60,181 nucleotides of DNA, taken from the IMG/VR virus record IMGVR_UViG_3300025889_000126, positions 1 to 60,181 of that record; one strand, 5' to 3'. The stretch is from a virus (taxonomy: Duplodnaviria; Caudoviricetes). A program made the position numbers and the translations under genes. The notes under the pieces were generated by a model. The model was not told the DNA's origin. It searched no databases and saw nothing but the letters and a program-made list of their open reading frames with translations. Below are positions 7,723 to 14,919 of the stretch, in pieces. Within the stretch, counting starts at the first letter, position 1. Every line of letters begins with the position of its first letter.

Positions 7723-8084
7723 GTAACTATTTGCACAAACATAGTTTATAAGCCAATGATTTTTTGTAAACTATTTTGTTATTTATAGTTTACTTTTTAC
7801 TTTCAGACATCGCCCAGGGAACACATAAAAACGTCGTATATATATCTCTTTTCTGCGAGATCCTTTGTCGTATATTGCTATTTATTTCTGCAACGTTGTT
7901 GCATTTAGGTACTTTGCTTACAATCTAAACTAAGGTATAACCCCCCTCTTTTTTTCCTCAATCCTAAATTTTTTTTTGCTATCCTCAAAAACTAAGAATG
8001 TAGGTTTTATCGGGCTTTCAGCGTTTTGCTAGTTTTTCGAGTCAAGAAATTTTTAAAAAAAATGAAAATATTTTTCAAAAAAGT

Positions 8085-8114
8085 TTTGAAATAACAAAAC
8101 TAGTCTTAACTTTG
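8085..8114 (+). promoter_or_regulatory. consensus Bacteroidota promoter (-33 TTTG / -7 TAACTTTG), probable major early promoter
   Basis: TTTG at 8085-8088, 18-nt spacer, TAACTTTG at 8107-8114. Confidence 0.75.
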
Positions 8115-8119
8115 TGACA

Positions 8120-8577
8120 TCCTTAATACATCGGTGACACATTAAGCGGTAGTGTTAAGATACAAAAAAGTGAAGTATTGAAACGGTGTACTATATGTTA
8201 AGTTCATGTCTAACGACAGCGGTTAAAATTCTTAATATATACTAGTGTAACAGTTCTTTTATTTTGTGGGAAATTGGGATGCGCGGCGTAGTCAACTAAA
8301 ATGAGAAAAACGAGCGCGATATATGTACCCGTGTGCATATTATTGGATAAATCGAATGAACAGCGAATTATCGTATCTGTGGGGAACGAGGAGAAACAGA
8401 TATAGAAAACCCAATTTAAAATTTTTTGAGTCTTAATTGGCTTTAGGTTATTGCAATGGATTGCAATGTAAAAAATGATAATCAGCATTTTTTGTCCTAT
8501 ACATTTTGTTTTGGCGAATTGCCTATATAGGTTTTAAGATATATATCTTATTTGGTTTCGATATCAAAATAGGCACA
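8120..8577 (+). ncRNA. candidate large structured non-coding RNA / structured leader
   Basis: No plus-strand ORF in the track; more than 12 nested helices forming multiway junctions (see findings); starts right after a consensus promoter. Confidence 0.6.
8520..8577 (+). ncRNA. tRNA-like (D-armless) element
   Basis: 7-bp TGCCTAT/ATAGGCA stem, TAAGAT-ATAT-ATCTTA arm, TTTGGT-TTCGAT-ATCAAA T-arm-like hairpin. Confidence 0.45.
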
Positions 8578-8608
8578 AATTTTTTAACACTATTAAAACT
8601 TTACTAAA

Positions 8609-8707
8609 ATGGAATTCTTACTTTTTATTTGTGCTGTTACATTATTATTTTTAATGTCGGCAAATGGTATTATAAGCGAATATAATAACCAAAAAGATAA
8701 ATTTTAA
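8609..8707 (+). CDS. small hydrophobic peptide (32 aa)
   Basis: MEFLLFICAVTLLFLMSANGIISEYNNQKDKF with an AT-rich leader like other early genes. Confidence 0.5.
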   Translation: MEFLLFICAVTLLFLMSANGIISEYNNQKDKF

Positions 8708-8733
8708 TTAACTAACTTTTAAACAATACTAAA

Positions 8734-9441
8734 ATGAGAGCTATTTTTAGAACTGAAAACACTATTCAAATTTTCAGATTTGGTACAACGTCAAATGATA
8801 AAATTGAGGCAAACAAAAAACGCAAAATTGTGCAAAGTTACACATTTAGTCGGTCACAATTTGAGTTAATATTGCAAGGCTTAAACGATGGCATGAAAAC
8901 ATTTTTTAACAGTGCCGACAGTAACTGTCTAGACTGTCCTTTTAACTCATTTGGGTTATGTTATACACACAAATTCAATCAATACGTCGGATTTATTTCA
9001 ATGCTTAAATCTGTAATTAAAGACTACAAAGATTTTTATGACATACCAACGTATAACAGCGACATAAGGGAACAAATATTAAATATGTCTAAAAATACAT
9101 ATGTTAGATTTGGTACATATGGTGAACCGTCCTTACATCCTACTGACTTAATAAGCGACATTGTGAACGTTTGCGATAATTGGACGGGTTACACACACCA
9201 ATGGCAAAAAAGAGACGATTTGAGCGGTTACTTTATGGCGTCGACTCACACAATTTTTGAAGAATTAATAGCTAGAAACGAGGGCTACCGATCATTCATA
9301 GCGACTGATGAAAAAATTGACGGCATTGTTAACTGTCCCGCATCAAAAGAAGCGGGTTATAAGTCAACTTGCAGTAAGTGTGGACTATGTTCGGGTACAT
9401 TTGGAAAAGGCAAAAAATCGGTATACATTCTAGTACACTAA
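8734..9441 (+). CDS. Cys-rich Fe-S / radical-SAM-like phage protein (Gp88-like family)
   Basis: CLDC...LCY, RFGTYGEP, WTGYTHQW, C-terminal CPA...CSKCGLC. Confidence 0.6.
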   Translation: MRAIFRTENTIQIFRFGTTSNDKIEANKKRKIVQSYTFSRSQFELILQGLNDGMKTFFNSADSNCLDCPFNSFGLCYTHKFNQYVGFISMLKSVIKDYKDFYDIPTYNSDIREQILNMSKNTYVRFGTYGEPSLHPTDLISDIVNVCDNWTGYTHQWQKRDDLSGYFMASTHTIFEELIARNEGYRSFIATDEKIDGIVNCPASKEAGYKSTCSKCGLCSGTFGKGKKSVYILVH

Positions 9442-9448
9442 AGTACAA

Positions 9449-9475
9449 AGGTTTTCGGTCAGCCTAAAAAACCGA
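9449..9475 (+). other. intergenic H-type pseudoknot
   Basis: AGGTT/AGCCT stem 1 and TCGGT/ACCGA stem 2. Confidence 0.45.
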
Positions 9476-9505
9476 CATTTTTAAACTATTAAAACTTATC
9501 TAATT

Positions 9506-9733
9506 ATGCAAACTTTCACAGCAACAGCGGTACAAAATTTAATTGACCAATATATGAACAAAGGCGGTCACATTGAAGAAATAGAAGAGGGTGTTTTGGG
9601 TTATGGAACTATAATTTTATCAGCCAATGGCTACAAATACGCAATAATTAAAGAGGTCTATTTGAATAGTTGGTCTTCGGGTCACACAATAAAATTCTAT
9701 AATAAACTACCTAAAAAATATAGTTACCTTTAA
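9506..9733 (+). CDS. early hypothetical protein
   Basis: ORF with AT-rich leader. Confidence 0.75.
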   Translation: MQTFTATAVQNLIDQYMNKGGHIEEIEEGVLGYGTIILSANGYKYAIIKEVYLNSWSSGHTIKFYNKLPKKYSYL

Positions 9734-9779
9734 ACTGATGAGACAAACCATATTATAAACACTATAAACTATCTAACTT

Positions 9780-10037
9780 ATGACTCAGTATTATATTAAA
9801 ACTAGCTTAGGGTACATTAAATTGTACCTTCGTGACTCTGAGGTGACTATTGGCAAAAATGGTCAAAAATACAACAATGGTAACCGATTGTATAATGATT
9901 GGCATAGACTCACAATTGACCAAAAAATAAGCGTTAAACAGCATTTTATAAACAAGTACGGCAAACGTACAAGCTACAGCAAGCCCGATGCATTTAAAGT
10001 ACTAACTGAGACTCAATTATATTACATCCTATCTTAA
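9780..10037 (+). CDS. early hypothetical protein
   Basis: ORF with AT-rich leader. Confidence 0.7.
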   Translation: MTQYYIKTSLGYIKLYLRDSEVTIGKNGQKYNNGNRLYNDWHRLTIDQKISVKQHFINKYGKRTSYSKPDAFKVLTETQLYYILS

Positions 10038-10050
10038 AACAATAACAGAT

Positions 10051-10365
10051 ATGAACTCTAAATTTAATACGTTCTATTGGAACACACACAAACAATTTGT
10101 ACTTGATGTACTTAGGTATGAATTCGAGGGCGAATTTGAGACAACAGATAATACCTGGTATAATGATGAAAGCCCGTCCTTACTACTCAAATTTGAGACG
10201 TATACAATGCAATTATACATACCTTCAAATTACAAGGGCGAATTTTCAGATTATTGTCTAATGGTGTACAATACTTACAGCGACTTTGAGAATGACAAAT
10301 TAGAAGCAACTTATTTTTTAACAAGTCTCAATGATGTAATTAATCAACTTAAAACCTATCTATAG
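10051..10365 (+). CDS. early hypothetical protein
   Basis: DNTWYNDESPS motif; in operon. Confidence 0.75.
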   Translation: MNSKFNTFYWNTHKQFVLDVLRYEFEGEFETTDNTWYNDESPSLLLKFETYTMQLYIPSNYKGEFSDYCLMVYNTYSDFENDKLEATYFLTSLNDVINQLKTYL

Positions 10366-10367
10366 CC

Positions 10368-10574
10368 ATGGAAAAAGTAATAATCAATGCAATTGTAGAG
10401 ACAAAAAGTAACTACAACAACATGAACGGAAAGTCGGTACAAATTATTCAGTTCATCGGATCTCACGCCTATTGTAGATATGTGACTGATGACGGACAGA
10501 TAAGACAGTCTGACTTTCACATCTCAGAGTTAAAAGACATTAGAAGTAACAACATTTTCAACACTACAATCTAA
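10368..10574 (+). CDS. early hypothetical protein
   Basis: In operon. Confidence 0.7.
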   Translation: MEKVIINAIVETKSNYNNMNGKSVQIIQFIGSHAYCRYVTDDGQIRQSDFHISELKDIRSNNIFNTTI

Positions 10575-10580
10575 TCAGCT

Positions 10581-10811
10581 ATGAACAAAATTAAAGAACT
10601 GCTAAAGCAGTATGAGACAGCTAGACAGAACTTATTTGAGTACACGGATGCATTCTATGATTCGATTGGTTATGACATAGACGGATATTGGGAAGACCTA
10701 GAAGAATTGACCGACAAAGATGTCAAAGATTTGAAACAGAAAGTTAAAAACTTTGAGACACTCACAGAATGCTACGCAAAGATTTGGAAAGTTAACTTTA
10801 AATATTCTTAA
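10581..10811 (+). CDS. early hypothetical protein
   Basis: In operon. Confidence 0.7.
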   Translation: MNKIKELLKQYETARQNLFEYTDAFYDSIGYDIDGYWEDLEELTDKDVKDLKQKVKNFETLTECYAKIWKVNFKYS

Positions 10812-10848
10812 TGACATCGGGGTGCAGCATCCGACCAACTGCGATATT
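10809..10848 (+). repeat. 40-nt intergenic repeat / pseudoknot, copy 1
   Basis: TAATGACATCGGGGTGCAGCATCCGACCAACTGCGATATT; 38/40 identical to 12536-12575. Confidence 0.85.
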
Positions 10849-10876
10849 TCATTAACACTATTAAACATTAACAGCT

Positions 10877-11140
10877 ATGGACAAAGTATTTGAAATTCTA
10901 AAAGATGTAGACAATGACAGATATGTATTTCTACACATTGATAAAAGCGGCATATGCGGTCTTAATTTTCATCAAGGTGTAACAGAGATTGTATGGGCAT
11001 ATGCAGAACCCGATGTACATCTCACAGAGATTTGGAGAAGGTTAGCACTGAACTACCCTCATACAGAAAGGTCATTCTTAATAGAGAAAGCTATTGATTT
11101 ATATATAGATGCATTCATTACACAACTATTAAAACTATAA
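10877..11140 (+). CDS. early hypothetical protein
   Basis: In operon. Confidence 0.7.
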   Translation: MDKVFEILKDVDNDRYVFLHIDKSGICGLNFHQGVTEIVWAYAEPDVHLTEIWRRLALNYPHTERSFLIEKAIDLYIDAFITQLLKL

Positions 11141-11146
11141 ACAGCT

Positions 11147-11350
11147 ATGGAACAAATATTAAATTTAGAGATTGGTCACTCAATTGATTGGAAATTTGGA
11201 CTAATAACCCGAAATATTTACAGAATGTCTGAGAATGAATTTGACATCACAGAAACCTGCGATGGATGGGTAAATGCGATTGTCAGTAAAGAGACAATGC
11301 GAGGTATATTAGAGGGAAAAATTTCACTACTTGAATTGGATTGGTTCTAA
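11147..11350 (+). CDS. early hypothetical protein
   Basis: In operon. Confidence 0.7.
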   Translation: MEQILNLEIGHSIDWKFGLITRNIYRMSENEFDITETCDGWVNAIVSKETMRGILEGKISLLELDWF

Positions 11351-11380
11351 TATTAAATAACACTTTAAACTATTAACACT

Positions 11381-11866
11381 ATGCCAAATTGGTGCAGCAA
11401 TTACACTACATTCAAAGGTAGTAAAGAGAACATTGAAGCTTTGAACAATGCAATAAACAAAGCAATTGAGCGAGAGACAGCTGACAAGCAAGCTCAGACA
11501 ATACACAGCTCAGAGGTAAAAGACGGTTACTTCTTCGACTTGTACAACAATGGTATTGAACATGGAGAGTTGACAATGTTTTACGAGACTAGATGGTGTC
11601 CAAACCTTGACGACTTAGCACTACTCTGTAAAGAATACGGAGTGGATGCAGAGACTGAATTCAATGAGCCTGGATGCCAAGTGTACGGTACTGCAAATGT
11701 ATACTCAGATGGTACATATGTAGATGAGTATGTGGAGCAGGAATTTTTAGACTCTATAGAATGGGATGAAGACACTTGCCTCTACACCTACGATGGAGAA
11801 CAATACGAGTCAATGGGAGATATAATTGCTTATCATTTTAAAACTTGGAAAGAAAAAAACCTATGA
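11381..11866 (+). CDS. DUF1281/YubB ferredoxin-like domain protein
   Basis: N-terminal MPNWCSN, FYETRWCP, FNEPGC..YG motifs. Confidence 0.7.
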   Translation: MPNWCSNYTTFKGSKENIEALNNAINKAIERETADKQAQTIHSSEVKDGYFFDLYNNGIEHGELTMFYETRWCPNLDDLALLCKEYGVDAETEFNEPGCQVYGTANVYSDGTYVDEYVEQEFLDSIEWDEDTCLYTYDGEQYESMGDIIAYHFKTWKEKNL

Positions 11867-12030
11867 CGTACAAATTTATGGATAGGGTTAAGGTATCTTA
11901 CAATGGAGAGGTAGTTGAGTGCCTCTTCATTGGATACTACAGAATGTATTCACTGCATCAAAGATGTTTGTTGCACTGCCCTTCAAAACGAGAAACATTT
12001 TTTTACTCACTTAAAAACATAATCGAATGA
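11863..12030 (+). CDS. hypothetical protein
   Basis: ATGA-coupled start MTYKFMDRV. Confidence 0.55.
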   Translation: MTYKFMDRVKVSYNGEVVECLFIGYYRMYSLHQRCLLHCPSKRETFFYSLKNIIE

Positions 12031-12203
12031 TGTTCTACTTATTATTATTGGTTGGCATAGTCAGACCACAAGATCCAGGATTGTATGCATTCTTCACTCC
12101 CGATGGAAAGGTATTTGAGTATGCATACAGAGAAGAAATAATGGATGCTATCCGTACCGGAGAATTCAAATACAATGAGGACTTACATTTTTCTAACAAT
12201 TAA
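12027..12203 (+). CDS. hypothetical protein (58 aa)
   Basis: Manually translated MMFYLLLLVGIVRPQDPGLYAFFTPDGKVFEYAYREEI...; ATGA overlap. Confidence 0.6.
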   Translation: MMFYLLLLVGIVRPQDPGLYAFFTPDGKVFEYAYREEIMDAIRTGEFKYNEDLHFSNN

Positions 12204-12214
12204 AATCTATAAAA

Positions 12215-12538
12215 ATGAGAACTACAGAGCAAAATTCAGTATTGCCAATTGACAAGGCTATACAGCTTATTAAAAAATACAATGGCATCGAAGGTGCTGA
12301 CAGATTTTTAAGTGATTTACTTTTTATCTTGGTTTTCGACACTCAAAGTGTATCTTCAGTTAATGACTTGATTGACTACTACACATTGGTACAGCAAGAG
12401 ATTCGAAAGATTCAATATTGGAATGGTATCTTGAACATGGAAGATGACAGCCTCGGACAAGAGCCAATAGAGTATACTGAGGAGCAAAAGCTTGAGATGT
12501 TGTACGATGAGCAAAAAAGACAGCAACAGCTAGACTAA
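12215..12538 (+). CDS. hypothetical protein
   Basis: In operon. Confidence 0.7.
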   Translation: MRTTEQNSVLPIDKAIQLIKKYNGIEGADRFLSDLLFILVFDTQSVSSVNDLIDYYTLVQQEIRKIQYWNGILNMEDDSLGQEPIEYTEEQKLEMLYDEQKRQQQLD

Positions 12539-12575
12539 TGACATCGGGGTGCAGCATCCGTACAACTGCGATATT
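12536..12575 (+). repeat. 40-nt intergenic repeat / pseudoknot, copy 2
   Basis: TAATGACATCGGGGTGCAGCATCCGTACAACTGCGATATT. Confidence 0.85.
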
Positions 12576-12600
12576 ATTAACAATTAAATACTATAGCATT

Positions 12601-12765
12601 ATGAAAACTATTATTTTAAGTTCAGAAGAAGATGTAAATAAGGTATATGATTTGATTTGGGAGATTGCAAATAACTTATCATACAATGATAAGGACGATG
12701 CAGAAAGCATAGATGATTGTCTTGAATTTATTAAAACAATAAGTCTGAGCCATGAAAAAATATAA
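12601..12765 (+). CDS. hypothetical protein
   Basis: Probable start MKTIILSS at 12601; the upstream in-frame ATG lies within the repeat. Confidence 0.6.
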   Translation: MKTIILSSEEDVNKVYDLIWEIANNLSYNDKDDAESIDDCLEFIKTISLSHEKI

Positions 12766-12994
12766 GAGAGCAATAAAACTTAGAGAATTTCTCACTATCT
12801 ACGAGAGCAGAGAAAGCGATGTGGTCAAAGTAAATATGCCTCTGATGGAATTAAAAAACCACGAACACCATCAGAGGTTTTTGAACCTCGTTAAAAAGTT
12901 CAGACATGGCGAGATTTTTAAAGCCTACTATACTAGGCATGGGAATATTAAATACATTTTAATTAACAAACAAAATCAAGTAAGAATCGTATGA
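12752..12994 (+). CDS. hypothetical protein
   Basis: In operon. Confidence 0.65.
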   Translation: MKKYKRAIKLREFLTIYESRESDVVKVNMPLMELKNHEHHQRFLNLVKKFRHGEIFKAYYTRHGNIKYILINKQNQVRIV

Positions 12995-13260
12995 GAGTAG
13001 AATTAAATGGAAAGAAATTAGACATCGATGGGTGGTACTATGCCGGATTTATATCTAGAGACAGACTAGAACCCGATGAGTCAGAAGAGTTTATCATTGA
13101 CCATATCACGCTGCTTGAGGCATTCGATGGTGTTGATGATGACATCTATCAAGAGATGGACTATGACCAACAGCTTGAGTTCCTGGGCGTGACTGATGAG
13201 GAGCTAAGTAACTATGTATTGAATTGGCATCTTGGTATGCTAGAGGACTATAATTTTTAA
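12991..13260 (+). CDS. acidic hypothetical protein
   Basis: Very D/E-rich 89 aa; ATGA overlap. Confidence 0.7.
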   Translation: MRVELNGKKLDIDGWYYAGFISRDRLEPDESEEFIIDHITLLEAFDGVDDDIYQEMDYDQQLEFLGVTDEELSNYVLNWHLGMLEDYNF

Positions 13261-13278
13261 TCTTTAAAACAAATCATT

Positions 13279-13428
13279 ATGAAATCAGCAGTTGAATTTT
13301 TGTTCAGAAAGTACATGGACAACAAACACAAATTAACCTTGGCTGACTTTGTCAAGGCTACAGAGATGGAAGAAAAAATTATTGACAAGCTAATTAAAAA
13401 AATCAAGAGCAATGAGAAACAAGACTGA
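13279..13428 (+). CDS. hypothetical protein (49 aa)
   Basis: Manually translated MKSAVEFLFRKY...KATEMEEK. Confidence 0.6.
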   Translation: MKSAVEFLFRKYMDNKHKLTLADFVKATEMEEKIIDKLIKKIKSNEKQD

Positions 13429-13505
13429 TATCATCTTTGCAGTGTTCCTGCTGCTACTCGCTATCTATTACATTATGGTATTCTTTAACAATTAAATATT
13501 TTATT

Positions 13506-13661
13506 ATGAAAACTTATAAAGCATGGGCTAGAACAGCAAATTCAAATGACAAATTTTGCACACATGAGGTTAAAGCAAGATCCTTAAAGGATGCTAAACA
13601 AATTCTTTTTGAAAGTGGCAAAGAAATTGAAAAAGGTACAAAAATTTATAAACATTCTTAA
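13506..13661 (+). CDS. hypothetical protein
   Basis: Probable start MKTYKAWART at 13506. Confidence 0.6.
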   Translation: MKTYKAWARTANSNDKFCTHEVKARSLKDAKQILFESGKEIEKGTKIYKHS

Positions 13662-13671
13662 ACATAACATA

Positions 13672-13878
13672 ATGAGACATCTAATAAATTTCACTTGCAT
13701 TGCAATGTATGCTGTCGTAACATTTTTTACAGCTAATTTTATAATCAATTCATTCTCAAATGCTGACTCATTAGTCAGCATTATTGAGACAATACTCACT
13801 ACAATAATAATACTATTAGTGACATTATTAGCAGGATATTTTTGTGTTAAAATAATTACAGAAACAGATACAATGTAA
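13672..13878 (+). CDS. small two-TM membrane protein
   Basis: Probable start MRHLINF; two hydrophobic helices. Confidence 0.55.
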   Translation: MRHLINFTCIAMYAVVTFFTANFIINSFSNADSLVSIIETILTTIIILLVTLLAGYFCVKIITETDTM

Positions 13879-13889
13879 TAAAATTTTGC

Positions 13890-13897
13890 TACCTTTG
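13890..13897 (+). promoter_or_regulatory. Bacteroidota -7 promoter box (TACCTTTG) for the replication/recombination operon
   Basis: TAnnTTTG 30 nt before the ATG at 13927. Confidence 0.6.
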
Positions 13898-13926
13898 TGG
13901 CACATCATTTAATAAAATATAATACA

Positions 13927-14232
13927 ATGAAAAAGAAAATTTTTTTAGACTACCTTGATGCTGTGTGCAGCGTCTATGGTGTAGCAAAGGAGGACGTGCT
14001 GTCCAACAACAAAAAGAAGGAGTTTACTGAGGCTAGACAATGCTTGTACTACCTATGCCGAATGAGACCTATGAGAATTACTGACATCCAAAAGTATATC
14101 GGGGAGGTTAGCGAATATGTACCAAACCATGTTCCAATCATTCGTGGTGTAAATAGAATCAAACAGCTCCTTGAGGAGGACAGAGACGTAGCTGTTATCC
14201 TGGATAGAATTAAGAACAAAGTATTTATCTAA
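13927..14232 (+). CDS. DnaA C-terminal (domain IV)-like HTH protein
   Basis: AVCSVYGVAKEDVLS..KKKEFTEARQCLYYLCR...NHVPIIRGV pattern. Confidence 0.7.
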   Translation: MKKKIFLDYLDAVCSVYGVAKEDVLSNNKKKEFTEARQCLYYLCRMRPMRITDIQKYIGEVSEYVPNHVPIIRGVNRIKQLLEEDRDVAVILDRIKNKVFI

Positions 14233-14253
14233 TCAAATCAAATCAAATCAATT

Positions 14254-14919
14254 ATGACAAAGCAAGCCAACAGCGTTTTCGCTACGCTATCAGCGATCAA
14301 TCTCAATGACAAGGTTGAGAAGAAATCTAACCTGACCTACCTCTCATGGACCTATGCATGGTCTGAGGTAAAGAAACACTACCCTGATGCCAACTATGAG
14401 GTGGTCTTCTTCGATGGCTATCCATATGTCTATGACCCGACCACTGGGTACATGGTGTTTACCAAGGTGACAATTGAGGGACAGACCCACATGATGTGGC
14501 TACCTGTCATGGATGGTGCAAATAAAGCTATGAAGATAACCGACTACACCTATTCGACTAGGTATGGTGATAAGACGGTTGAGGCAGCGACAATGTTTGA
14601 CATCAACAAAACCATTATGCGCTGCTTGGTTAAGAACCTAGCTATGTTTGGTCTTGGCATCTACATCTATGCCGGTGAGGATTTGCCTGAGGGTGAGACT
14701 GCTGCTCCTATTACATCTAAGCCTAAGGCTGAGACAAAGACTACTGACACGAGTCTACTGCCATTAGAGAAGGGAGATGGTAATTGGGCGAAGGTATCAG
14801 CCTATGTGAGCGACAACAAAGCCTCAGGCATTGAGGCTATTCTTCAACAACTAGGTCGTAAGTACAGCGTATCTGCTGCTACTAAGAAGGAGCTAGTAAA
14901 AATCATCAACAATGGATAA
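14254..14919 (+). CDS. Sak/DUF1071-like single-strand annealing protein
   Basis: VEKKSNLTYLSWTYAW, MWLPVMD, INKTIMRCLVKNLAMFGLGIYIYAGEDLP. Confidence 0.9.
   Translation: MTKQANSVFATLSAINLNDKVEKKSNLTYLSWTYAWSEVKKHYPDANYEVVFFDGYPYVYDPTTGYMVFTKVTIEGQTHMMWLPVMDGANKAMKITDYTYSTRYGDKTVEAATMFDINKTIMRCLVKNLAMFGLGIYIYAGEDLPEGETAAPITSKPKAETKTTDTSLLPLEKGDGNWAKVSAYVSDNKASGIEAILQQLGRKYSVSAATKKELVKIINNG

Noticed and set aside
8210-8488. Minus-strand 92-aa ORF
   Set aside because: Non-ATG start, atypical composition, and antisense to the promoter-driven structured region
9735-9760. Intergenic CTGATGA resembling a hammerhead ribozyme core
   Set aside because: No stem II followed by GAAA and no pairing partners for stems I/III could be found; at most a degenerate remnant
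10809-12575. CRISPR array or attachment-site interpretation of the 40-nt repeat
   Set aside because: Only two copies 1.7 kb apart with genes between them; no cas genes or integrase
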